A stretch of DNA of 64,000 nucleotides from Candidatus Nitrospinota bacterium M3_3B_026. Its GTDB lineage: Bacteria; Nitrospinota_A; UBA7883; JBPRGF01. A model generated the notes under the pieces. It saw nothing but the letters and a program-made list of their open reading frames with translations. It had not been told where the DNA came from and made no database searches. Of the stretch, positions 21,801-29,780 are shown piece by piece (position 1 is the stretch's first letter; each line of letters opens with the position of its first letter). The translations under genes were made by a program, and so were the position numbers. Location of the stretch: positions 98,635 to 162,634 of the forward strand of contig JBPRGF010000024.1 of the NCBI GenBank assembly GCA_051418015.1, written 5' to 3'.

Positions 21801-22326
21801 CGGGGCGGGGGTGATCCATAAATTCAAGGTTCTGGCGAGGATTTTTTCTTTGATTAACGTGACCGGATATCTTAAACTTAAACCTCCCGACCTGGATGAG
21901 GGGATGCCGTTCAACAGCATAACGGCGAACTTCGACATCAAGGACGGTGTGGCCACGACTGGCGGCCTTTTCGTGGACTCCGACGCCATGAGGATGATGG
22001 CGGTCGGCGATTACGATATCGCGGACAAGCAAATCGCGATGACAGTTGGAGTGATGCCGTTGCCGACGTGGGACAAGGTGATTAGCTCCATCCCGCTGGT
22101 GGGGGGCGTCCTGACCGGCAAGGAGAAAAGCCTGCTGGCGAGCTATTACGAGGTTACGGGTGATATAGCCGACCCGAAGGTCAAACCCGTTCCCATAGAG
22201 TCCCTCGCCGCGGGAGTCGCCGGGATACTGAAGCGGCTCATAGAGTTGCCCGTGACAACCATAAAAAAGCTGGACGAGGCTCTGACGCCATCGGGGAAGA
22301 AGACCCCCGCTGAAAAGGCGAAGTGA
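18811..22326 (+). CDS. AsmA-like / YhdP-family lipid-bridge protein
   Basis: N-terminal TM anchor, long beta-rich repeats, C-terminal PFNSITANFDIKDG...VTGDIADPKV. Confidence 0.8.
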   Translation: MSPKPSRGDSEKTDQGKKNRARRRIRLLASLFYLTALLLAFLYVAPKLLFHGEKYIPLVEERLSELTGAEVTIGNIGINLLAGPQVTLDDVSIARDGRPVVSARRIKAGVHLSRSILEKSVRLDRLDVIEPMARIERRADGTYNIALPGGDDAGTAEADGSQAAAALLGAFRRVEVKGGAFYWTDRKAAPDSPFHAYVSDIDLHIAWDTLLGPGSVRLSFRAHGPRDAADFGLSGGFSYLGGGLSGVVFNGGFSLDEADAALVWPYVEPYLPFEKLDAVVSWKGSLDGGLSSGFTSRGDIRLESVMVRYPNVYSADISRPEASLSYNASFKEDSLSFDELRLAAGGVRLSASGGILGVRGPDPVLSISMSTNMMDIGEVTGYLPDKALAPQANSFLKENVESGRAALSNLSFKGSVSRLEDMSAPGVLRSLSGTLKVADLGLRFEGLLHSFEDVNGSVTLRNNSLILAGVKGRYGASALEEISGTVKDIDQAPSFRLYVRGGVDFAEAAALVAEKVSHPAFRRQMKKVRRVEGTMFMDAEISGDTRDLASTFSARGKARLADVGFETALFDLPVRGVGGEIEGRTDDFTIKELFWEAGDSFFILTGNVGGLTKQKPSYGLELMGAVALEDMNKIRFLRHGRAYSQSGYAALDLGIKGAGDTFALDYTLDMTNAEYGLGGAFHKPMGFVNHYLFTGSVKEGNQVKIDRLTAYLGESRLDLTGRVGRFLRGEGIDLSIASDGVLLDDLDPVLKKTFADIESGGYIAGKVSISDGGEDIPVSLSGKFYIQNADFKLRLFRGAFRNVDGEVELLDNRIFLKKGSGRFGEGRFNVAGSGIFYREKPEFNLNVEADSLHLIDFFREPGMRREPRPDKKRPYLDGVWKVSVKSKEGTIGMLTYQDLNAAMRYEDRRFHVEPLSFLAHGGRWSWKGDITIREDKKIAIDSELMAQDIRLERFMTEALKTGKKITGPLNIRGPIRSVGDGMDEIKRNLEGRLEASAGAGVIHKFKVLARIFSLINVTGYLKLKPPDLDEGMPFNSITANFDIKDGVATTGGLFVDSDAMRMMAVGDYDIADKQIAMTVGVMPLPTWDKVISSIPLVGGVLTGKEKSLLASYYEVTGDIADPKVKPVPIESLAAGVAGILKRLIELPVTTIKKLDEALTPSGKKTPAEKAK

Positions 22327-22351
22327 GAGGAGAACAGGAGAGTTTGGGACG

Positions 22352-22993
22352 ATGGAGCTTGAGAGTATAAAGAAAATCTACAACGGTTACGCTTCCGTCT
22401 ACGACCTGCTGTTCAAGGGGTTTTTCCATCCGCGCCAGAAGCTGGCCCTCAACTCTCTTGACATAAAGGAGGGCGACCGCGTGCTGGACGTCGGCGTGGG
22501 GACGGGTCTCACCCTGCCTTTGTATCCGAGGAACTGCGAGGTCTGGGGGGTCGACATTTCCGTGGACATGCTCAAGCAGGCCCGGAAAAAGGTGGAGAGG
22601 ATGGGCCTGGACAACGTCCACATCATGGAGATGGACGCCTGCGACCTCCAGTTCGATGACGATTTTTTCGACTTCGTGGTGGCCACGCACATAATAAGCG
22701 TCGTACCGGAGCCGTACAGGGTCATAGCGGAGATGCGCCGCGTGGGCAAACCGGACGGAAAACTGGTCATAGTGAACCATTTCGTCTCGTCGAACCCAGT
22801 CATAGCGAAGGTGGAAAACATCTGCGATCCGCTTTTCAGGAAGCTGGGCTGGAGGATGGACATGACGCTGGAGGACCTTATAACCGAGACGGACCTGCGC
22901 GTGTACAAGACCGACAAGCTCAGCAAGATAGACCTCTGGAAGATAGTCCACGCCCGCAACAACAAAAGCCCCGCCTGCGGCGCGGGCAACTGA
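22352..22993 (+). CDS. Class I SAM methyltransferase, phospholipid N-methyltransferase (PmtA)-like
   Basis: YASVYD, VLDVGVGTG, MDA, IVNHF motifs. Confidence 0.8.
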   Translation: MELESIKKIYNGYASVYDLLFKGFFHPRQKLALNSLDIKEGDRVLDVGVGTGLTLPLYPRNCEVWGVDISVDMLKQARKKVERMGLDNVHIMEMDACDLQFDDDFFDFVVATHIISVVPEPYRVIAEMRRVGKPDGKLVIVNHFVSSNPVIAKVENICDPLFRKLGWRMDMTLEDLITETDLRVYKTDKLSKIDLWKIVHARNNKSPACGAGN

Positions 22994-23013
22994 CCGCCGC
23001 TTTCGCCCGGCTC

Positions 23014-23835
23014 TTGCGGACCTTCCTTTTCCTTCTCCCGTTTTTTTTGATAACCTCGGCCTCCGCCGCCGATCCCGGGGCTGAAGGGGCGTCCCATCCC
23101 CTGCCTTTCAGCGAGGGTGAGCGCCTGGTCTATGACATCTCCTGGATGGGGATAGTCGGCGGCGAGGGCGTCCTGGAGGTCAAGGAGACCATAATGAACA
23201 GGGGCGTACCGGTCTATGTCATCGAGGTCGTGGGAAGGTCCGTGGACTGGCTGGGCGATCTTTATCCCATCGAGGACAGGACCTTTTCCTACTTCGACAT
23301 CAAGAACCGCCGCAGCCAGAAGGTGGTGATAAAAATATCCGAGGGAAGCTACAGGAAGCTGAAGGTGATCGACTTCGACCAGGAGAGCCATGTCGCCACG
23401 TACAAAATCAACGACGACCCCCCGGAGGAGTTTGAGATCGAGCCGGACTCCCAGGACGCCTTTTCCGTCCTGTACGCCTTCAGGACCATGAGAGACAGGA
23501 TCAGGACGGGGGAGGCTGTCAGCCTGCCGCTGTTTGACGATAGGAAAAAGTACCGGCTGAAAATAAACGTGCTCAGGAAGGAGCGGGTCGAGCTTCCCCA
23601 GGGGATGGTTGATACAATAGTCGTCGAGCCGGAGCTGAAGACCGAGGGCGTGTTCCGCCGCCGGGGTAAGATGACCATCTGGTTCACCGACGACGAGAAT
23701 CTCATCCCGGTTATTATGAGCTCGAAGATTTTTATCGGGTCGATATACGCCACCCTCCGCGACTACAGCGGAACAAAGATAGACTTCATCCCTTACCCGG
23801 AGAGGGAAAGGGAAAAGGAGAAAACCGGGAAATGA
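23014..23835 (+). CDS. DUF3108 exported protein
   Basis: Signal peptide; GERLVYDISWMG, QDAFSVLYAFR, IWFTDDENLIPV. Confidence 0.8.
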   Translation: MRTFLFLLPFFLITSASAADPGAEGASHPLPFSEGERLVYDISWMGIVGGEGVLEVKETIMNRGVPVYVIEVVGRSVDWLGDLYPIEDRTFSYFDIKNRRSQKVVIKISEGSYRKLKVIDFDQESHVATYKINDDPPEEFEIEPDSQDAFSVLYAFRTMRDRIRTGEAVSLPLFDDRKKYRLKINVLRKERVELPQGMVDTIVVEPELKTEGVFRRRGKMTIWFTDDENLIPVIMSSKIFIGSIYATLRDYSGTKIDFIPYPEREREKEKTGK

Positions 23836-25520
23836 CCGAAAAGCTTCGAATGGCCCTGGCGCAGATCAACCCCACCGTGGGCGACCTGGAGGGCAACGCC
23901 GGGCTGATCGTCTCCAACGTCCGGAAAGCCGCCGGGGCCGGGGCGGACCTTGTCATCTTTCCGGAGCTTGCCGTCTCCGGCTATCCGCCGGAAGACCTTT
24001 TGACCCGTCCCGGGTTTCTCCGCAAAAGCGCCAGGACGCTGGAGAAAATCGCCAGGGAGACCGCCGGAGCGGCCGTCATCCTCGGCGCCCCGGCGGTCGT
24101 TGACGGGAAGGTGAAAAACGCCGCCCTCGTCCTTTCCGGCGGGAGGGCGCAGGGGATGGTCTTCAAGACCGAGCTGCCGAACTACGGCGTCTTCGATGAA
24201 AGGCGGTACTTCGCCCCCGGCGCCAACGGCCCCCTCGTCAAGGTGGGCCCGGCGGCCGTGGGCGTCACCATCTGCGAGGATATCTGGACCCAGAACGATA
24301 TCACGGACAAGCTGACGGCCGACGGCGCCAATTTGCTCGTGAACCTTTCGGGGTCGCCCTACAGGGTGGGCATCCTCGAAAAACGGCGGAAAATCGTGGG
24401 GGGTATAGCCAGAAAACTTTCTGTTCCCTTCGCCTATTGCAACCTCGCGGGAGGTCAGGACGAGCTGGTTTTCGACGGCCGCTCCTTCGTCTCCGGGCCG
24501 GACGGCGAGGTCATCGCCGGCGCCGAGCCTTTCGGCGAGGATCTGCTGATCGTTGACGTTCCCGTATCACCGCTTTCCGGCGGATTCGGCCGCGATATCA
24601 TCGACCTTTCCTCCGGCCCGGCCGAAAAACCGTCCATCCCCCAGAAGAGCCGCCGCGTTATAACCGGTGAGAACGCGGAAATATACGAGGCTCTTGTGCT
24701 CGGCGCTCGTGACTACGTGGGGAAGAACGGGTTCCGCGACGTGGTGATCGCCCTCTCCGGCGGGATAGACTCCGCCCTCGCCATGACCGTCGCCGTGGAC
24801 GCCCTCGGCCCGGAGCGGGTCCACGCCGTCTCTTTGCCCTCGCCCTATTCGTCGGAAGGCTCCATAACGGACGCCCGCAGGCTGGCGGAGAACCTCGACG
24901 CGGCGCCTATGATCTCCCTACCCATCGAGGGGCCCATGAAGGCTTTCGAGAAGACGCTGGAGGACGTTTTCAGGGATACGGAGCCGGGCGTGGCCGAAGA
25001 GAACATCCAGGCCCGGATCAGGGGCGCGCTGGTCATGGCCCTGTCCAACAAGTTCGGCTGGCTGGCCCTCACCACCGGCAACAAAAGCGAGATCGCCGTG
25101 GGCTACTGCACGCTCTACGGGGACATGGTGGGAGGGTTCTCCGTCATCAAGGACGTTTTCAAGACGAGGGTCTACGCCCTCTGCGAATGGCGCAACCTCG
25201 AGGCCGGGCGGGAGCTTATCCCCCGCTCCATAATCGAAAAGCCCCCCTCCGCCGAGCTTCGCCCCGGCCAGCTGGACATCGACTCGCTGCCTCCATACAA
25301 CCAGCTGGACCCCATCCTGGAGGCGTACATAGAAGGCGAGAAGAATATTGATGAGATAGTGGATTTGGGTTACAGTAGGCCCCTTGTCTCCAGGGTGATC
25401 AGGATGGTTGACAAGGCCGAGTACAAACGCCGCCAGGGGCCAATAGGAGTGAAGATCACCGCCAAGGCCTTCGGCAGGGACAGGCGCCATCCCATCACCT
25501 GCAGGTACGTGGACGAATAG
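23832..25520 (+). CDS. nadE: Glutamine-dependent NAD+ synthetase
   Basis: Nitrilase domain (FPEL, LPNYGVFDE, ICED) plus SGGIDS, NIQAR, TTGNKSE, PSAELRP. Confidence 0.97.
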   Translation: MTEKLRMALAQINPTVGDLEGNAGLIVSNVRKAAGAGADLVIFPELAVSGYPPEDLLTRPGFLRKSARTLEKIARETAGAAVILGAPAVVDGKVKNAALVLSGGRAQGMVFKTELPNYGVFDERRYFAPGANGPLVKVGPAAVGVTICEDIWTQNDITDKLTADGANLLVNLSGSPYRVGILEKRRKIVGGIARKLSVPFAYCNLAGGQDELVFDGRSFVSGPDGEVIAGAEPFGEDLLIVDVPVSPLSGGFGRDIIDLSSGPAEKPSIPQKSRRVITGENAEIYEALVLGARDYVGKNGFRDVVIALSGGIDSALAMTVAVDALGPERVHAVSLPSPYSSEGSITDARRLAENLDAAPMISLPIEGPMKAFEKTLEDVFRDTEPGVAEENIQARIRGALVMALSNKFGWLALTTGNKSEIAVGYCTLYGDMVGGFSVIKDVFKTRVYALCEWRNLEAGRELIPRSIIEKPPSAELRPGQLDIDSLPPYNQLDPILEAYIEGEKNIDEIVDLGYSRPLVSRVIRMVDKAEYKRRQGPIGVKITAKAFGRDRRHPITCRYVDE

Positions 25521-25556
25521 GATCGGCGCGGAACGATTTTTTGAGGGGAGGTCTCG

Positions 25557-26108
25557 TTGAAGGCGTTCAACATAGTTCCCAGAAAGCTGTTTTTCACGAA
25601 CGGGGTTGGCGTGCACAAGGAGGGGCTTCGCTCTTACGAGATCGCGCTGCGGGACGCGGGCATAGAAAAATGCAACCTGGTGAACGTCTCCTCCATACTT
25701 CCGCCGAACTGTAAGATCATCTCCCGCCGGGAGGGGCTCAAGCTTCTGCAGCCCGGCGCCATCACCTTCTGCGTCCAGGCCCGTTGCGCCAGCAACGAGC
25801 CGCACAGGCTCATCGCCGCGTCGATCGGGTGCGCTATCCCCAAGGGGAGAGGAAGCTATGGCTATCTCTCCGAGCACCACGCCTACGGCCAGACCGACAA
25901 GATAGCCGGCGACTACGCCGAGGACCTCGCCGCGGCGATGCTGGCGTCCACCCTGGGCGTGGAGTTCGACGAGGACAAGAACTGGGACGAGAAGAAGGAG
26001 GTCTTCAGGATGTCCGACAAGATAGTCAAAACGCGCAACATCACCCAGTCCGCCATCGTCAAGAAGGGCTACACGACAGTCGTGGCGGCCGCTGTGTTCA
26101 TCCTTTAG
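25557..26108 (+). CDS. pdaD: Pyruvoyl-dependent arginine decarboxylase
   Basis: [19 protein letters not shown] self-cleavage site, GYLSEHH; TTG start after GGAGG. Confidence 0.9.
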   Translation: MKAFNIVPRKLFFTNGVGVHKEGLRSYEIALRDAGIEKCNLVNVSSILPPNCKIISRREGLKLLQPGAITFCVQARCASNEPHRLIAASIGCAIPKGRGSYGYLSEHHAYGQTDKIAGDYAEDLAAAMLASTLGVEFDEDKNWDEKKEVFRMSDKIVKTRNITQSAIVKKGYTTVVAAAVFIL

Positions 26109-26120
26109 GGAGGCTCTCTC

Positions 26121-26426
26121 ATGATCGACAAGCCGAGCGAGAAGGAGGAGGAGTACTTCGCCCGTCAGAACTTTGAGCGCAAGAAGAAGGAGGAGGAGCA
26201 GGCCCGGCGCGAAATGGAGGAGGCCGAGCGCCAAAGGCTCAAGGAGCTTCACTACATGCGCTGCCCGAAATGCGGCATGGAGCTTCTGGAGCTGGACTAC
26301 AGGGGGCTGAAGATCGACAAGTGCCCGACCTGCGAGGGGATATGGCTCGACGCCGGGGAACTGGACAGCATTCTGGAGGAGAGCGGGGGCAGGCTGGGCG
26401 GTTTTCTGAGAATTTTCTCGAAGTAA
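26121..26426 (+). CDS. zf-TFIIB-like zinc-ribbon protein
   Basis: EEEYF, CPKCG...IDKCPTCEGIWLDAGEL. Confidence 0.85.
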   Translation: MIDKPSEKEEEYFARQNFERKKKEEEQARREMEEAERQRLKELHYMRCPKCGMELLELDYRGLKIDKCPTCEGIWLDAGELDSILEESGGRLGGFLRIFSK

Positions 26427-26503
26427 GGGTCGGCGCATCTTTCAAAATTATTTCGTTAAAGCCTCTCCCCCCCCTCTGTGTCAGGGGATTTTGATTGGCG
26501 TAA

Positions 26504-26678
26504 AATGTCATTCAAAGCGAAGAATTCCGTTGTTCCATCCGGCGCGGGATGCTTCACTTCGTTCAGCATGACATTGGCGGGCGCGTATGCGGGGCGCAAG
26601 CGATGTCATTCTGAGCCGGAGCGAAGAATCTCGTTGTTTCGTCCGGTACGGGATCCTTCGCGTTGCTCAGGATGACAT
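26504..26678. repeat. Two tandem palindromic REP-like units (family A)
   Basis: AATGTCAT...ATGACATT (26504-26575) and ATGTCATTCTGAGC..GCGAAGAATC...GATCCTTCGC..GCTCAGGATGACAT (26603-26678), with similar spacers. Confidence 0.85.
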
Positions 26679-26727
26679 TGTTGGCAGGATGGCGGATTAA
26701 CCATACCACCCCTTATCGCGGCGAATA

Positions 26728-27645
26728 ATGCGCGGATTATTCTTGATCGCTTTATCGGCGGCGGTCCTTTTGCTTGCGCCGCTTCCCGCCGCGGCCACGC
26801 CGGAGTACGCTGAGCGGACGGGCAAAGACTGCGCCGCATGCCACGTGACGCCGGAGGGAAGGGCGCTCAACGAGACCGGCCTCGCCTACCAGGCCGCGGG
26901 CTACCGCTGGCCGGGAGATAAAAGATACGAGCCGATAATGCCCATGGGCGCCACGGCTCGGGCCGTGACGGGGCTTGTCCATTTTATCGGCGGCTTCCTG
27001 TGGTTCGGGACCATTCTCTACGTCCACATCCTGCTGCGCCCCGCCTACGCGGCCAAGGGGCTGCCCAAGGGGGAGATGCGGCTGGGGCTTTTTTCGATGA
27101 TCGCCGTGGGGATAAGCGGCATCCTGCTGACGCTCTCAAGAATCGACGGCGCGGACATCCTCTACGGGACCAGGTGGGGGATCCTGCTATCGGTAAAAAT
27201 TCTCATATACACCGTCATGGTGACCTCGGCGGCGATGGTGGTGACGCTGCTGAACCCGAGGCTCAGGAAAGGCCGGGCGAAAGCAGCTCATCCAAAGGAC
27301 GGCGTCTTCGGCCCCGGAACGCTGGGCGCCTTCGACGGCAAGGGGGGCGCCCCGGCATACATCGCCTTCAAGGGAAAAGTCTACGACGTCACCGCCTCGA
27401 AGCTGTGGAAGGACGGCGAACACCTCAGGAAACACGCCGCCGGGCGCGATCTCACCTCGGAGCTTGAAGGCGCGCCCCACGGCCCGGAGAAGCTGGAGGC
27501 GATGGAGAAGGCCGGAACGTATGACCCCTCCCTGCCGTCTCATCTCACGCCGCCGCAGAGGACCTTTTACGTGGTGGCGTACACCAACCTCGCGCTGGTG
27601 TTCGTGGCCCTGGCCGTCATAGCCTTCTGGCGCTGGGGCGGGTGA
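26728..27645 (+). CDS. Fusion protein: c-type heme motif, CopD-like TM domain, cytochrome b5-like domain
   Basis: Signal peptide, CAACH; TM helices with HFIGG/HILL; AYIAFKGKVYDVT..W..G.H...HAAGRDLT...APHG. Confidence 0.75.
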   Translation: MRGLFLIALSAAVLLLAPLPAAATPEYAERTGKDCAACHVTPEGRALNETGLAYQAAGYRWPGDKRYEPIMPMGATARAVTGLVHFIGGFLWFGTILYVHILLRPAYAAKGLPKGEMRLGLFSMIAVGISGILLTLSRIDGADILYGTRWGILLSVKILIYTVMVTSAAMVVTLLNPRLRKGRAKAAHPKDGVFGPGTLGAFDGKGGAPAYIAFKGKVYDVTASKLWKDGEHLRKHAAGRDLTSELEGAPHGPEKLEAMEKAGTYDPSLPSHLTPPQRTFYVVAYTNLALVFVALAVIAFWRWGG

Positions 27646-27654
27646 GAAGCGAGG

Positions 27655-29565
27655 CTAGACGTCCAGCTCGCCGCCTGAACGCACGAACGCGGCGGAATTT
27701 TCCTTCAAAAACTCGTAGCGGGCGGAGGCGTCTTTTCCCATCAGGCGGGAGAACGCCGTGTCCGTCGCCTCGGCGTTGTCTATGGTCACCCTCAAAAGAC
27801 GCCTGCCGGATGGCGTCATGGTGGTCTCCTTCAACACCGGCGCCGGCATTTCCCCAAGGCCCTTGTAGCGGTGTATCACGGGTTTGACGTTCTTCGGGGC
27901 GTCTTTCAGGATTTTTTCCTTTGCCTTTTCATCGACAGCGTAATGAGTCTTCTTTCCAAGCTCTATCCTGTAAAGCGGTGGCTGCGCCAGGAAGACGTGG
28001 CCGTTTTCGACCAGCTTCTTCATGTGGCGGTAGAAAAACGTGAGCAGAAGCGCGCTTATGTGCGCCCCGTCCACGTCGGCGTCGGTCATGATGATTATCC
28101 GGCCGTAGCGCAGCTTGGAGTAGTCGAACGCCGGGCCTATCCCCGTCCCTATGGTGGTGGTGAGGGCTTTCAGCTCGTTGTTGGCGGCCAGTTTCTCCGC
28201 CGTGGCGCTCTCCACGTTCAGAATCTTGCCGCGCAGGGGGAGGACGGCCTGCGTCCGCCTGTCCCGGGCCTGCTTGGAGGAGCCCCCGGCGGAGTCTCCC
28301 TCCACTATGAACAGCTCGCTTTCGGCGGGCTTGGTGGAGGCGCAGTCGGCGAGCTTGCCCGGCAGGGTCAGGCGGTGGCTGACGAAGGTTTTTCGCAGCA
28401 CCGTCTCCTTGGCCTCGCGGGAGGCAAGGCGCGCCTGGGCCGCAAGCCTCACCCTGTTCACTATCTCCTCGGCGGAGGAGGGGTTCTCCAGCAGGTACCT
28501 TTCGAAGGCCGTCTTGACGGAGGTCTCGACTGCGGACTGGGCTTCGACGTTGTTGAGCTTCTCCTTCGTCTGCCCCTGGAATTGCGGGTTCGGCAGCATG
28601 ACCGAAAGGACCGCCACCAGCCCCTCGCGCGCGTCGTCGGCGACGATCTGCGGCGTCTTGCCTTTCCCGGCGACGCGTTCCATGTGGCCGCGCAGCGTCT
28701 TCGTCAGAGCGTTCCGGAGCCCGTTCTCATGAGCCCCCCCGGCGGAGGTGTAGACGGAGTTGGCGTAGGAGAGTATCCGCGACTCCGTCCCCGACGTCCA
28801 CTGCAGGGCAAGCTCTATCTGTATCCCGTTGGTCTTGTCGTCATGGTAGAAGTACCCCCCCCCAACGGTTTTTTTGCCCTTCAGCAGGTTCGCCAGATAG
28901 TCGCGGATGCCGTTCTCGTAGTGAAAAGTCTCCTTCGCCCCCTCCTTCTCATCGACGACGTGGATGGTCAGTCCGGAATTCAAAAAAGCCTTCGTCTCCG
29001 CCCGCTCGGCGATCCACTTTTTGTTGAAAGATTTTTTCGTGAATATCTCGGGATCCGGCCAGAAGGTTATTTCAGTCCCGGAGCCTTTTGTCTTGCGGCT
29101 CTTTTTCAGCTTTCCCTTCGGTTTTCCCCGCGCGAAATCCTGCGTCCATTCGGCCCCGCCTCTCCTGACGGCCACCGACAACTTTTCGGACAAAGCGTTG
29201 ACGACTGATATCCCCACCCCGTGCAGGCCGCCGGATGAGCTGTAGCTTTTGTTGGAGAACTTGGCGCCGGAGTGCAGCGTGGTCATGATGATCTCGAGGG
29301 CCGGTTTCTTGAACTTGGGATGCGGGTCTACTGGTATCCCCCTGCCGTTGTCCTCCACGGTGAGGCCGCCGTCGGAGCGGATGGTCACGGTTATGGTGTC
29401 GCAATGGCCGTTTATGGCCTCGTCGACGGAGTTGTCGATAGCCTCCCAGGCAAGGTGATGCAGCCCCGCGGCGTCCGTCCCGCCGATGTACATCCCCGGC
29501 CGCTTGCGGACGGGCTCCAGACCCTCGAGAACCTCTATGTGTTTTGCGGTGTATTTATTGGTCAT
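27655..29565 (-). CDS. parE: Type IIA topoisomerase B subunit (topo IV-like)
   Basis: VRKRPGMYIG, GGLHGVG, EGDSAGGS, PLRGKILN, MTDADVDG, YKGLGEM; 636 aa. Confidence 0.8.
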   Translation of the reverse strand: MTNKYTAKHIEVLEGLEPVRKRPGMYIGGTDAAGLHHLAWEAIDNSVDEAINGHCDTITVTIRSDGGLTVEDNGRGIPVDPHPKFKKPALEIIMTTLHSGAKFSNKSYSSSGGLHGVGISVVNALSEKLSVAVRRGGAEWTQDFARGKPKGKLKKSRKTKGSGTEITFWPDPEIFTKKSFNKKWIAERAETKAFLNSGLTIHVVDEKEGAKETFHYENGIRDYLANLLKGKKTVGGGYFYHDDKTNGIQIELALQWTSGTESRILSYANSVYTSAGGAHENGLRNALTKTLRGHMERVAGKGKTPQIVADDAREGLVAVLSVMLPNPQFQGQTKEKLNNVEAQSAVETSVKTAFERYLLENPSSAEEIVNRVRLAAQARLASREAKETVLRKTFVSHRLTLPGKLADCASTKPAESELFIVEGDSAGGSSKQARDRRTQAVLPLRGKILNVESATAEKLAANNELKALTTTIGTGIGPAFDYSKLRYGRIIIMTDADVDGAHISALLLTFFYRHMKKLVENGHVFLAQPPLYRIELGKKTHYAVDEKAKEKILKDAPKNVKPVIHRYKGLGEMPAPVLKETTMTPSGRRLLRVTIDNAEATDTAFSRLMGKDASARYEFLKENSAAFVRSGGELDV

Positions 29566-29612
29566 CTACGAAGACTCATGTTGAATTTATTCAATTCACC
29601 GCCATCTCTTTT

Positions 29613-29763
29613 CTCCCCCTTTATAAGGGGAGTGGCTCCGAAGGAGCCGAGGGGGTAGGCGGAAAAGCGAAGACTACCTCCCCGGCGGCTCGCGCCGCCG
29701 CCCCTCCTTGTAAAGGAGGGGAAACTATTCCCCCTCCCCCGGCGGGAGGGAGTAAGGGGGGGG
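29613..29763. repeat. Cluster of CCCCT..AGGGG palindromes (REP-like family B)
   Basis: CTCCCCCTTTATAAGGGGAG, GGCTCCGAAGGAGCC, CCCCTCCTTGTAAAGGAGGGG, CCCTCCCCCGGCGGGAGGG. Confidence 0.75.
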
Positions 29764-29780
29764 AAAAACTTGTCATCCTC

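Noticed and set aside
26504..26678. Possible CRISPR array
   Set aside because: Only two units, spacers resemble each other, arms are inverted repeats, and there are no cas genes
29581..29594. TTGAA-N4-TTCAA palindrome resembling an FNR box
   Set aside because: Both half-sites deviate from TTGAT/ATCAA, and it sits inside a likely operon spacer with no clear promoter
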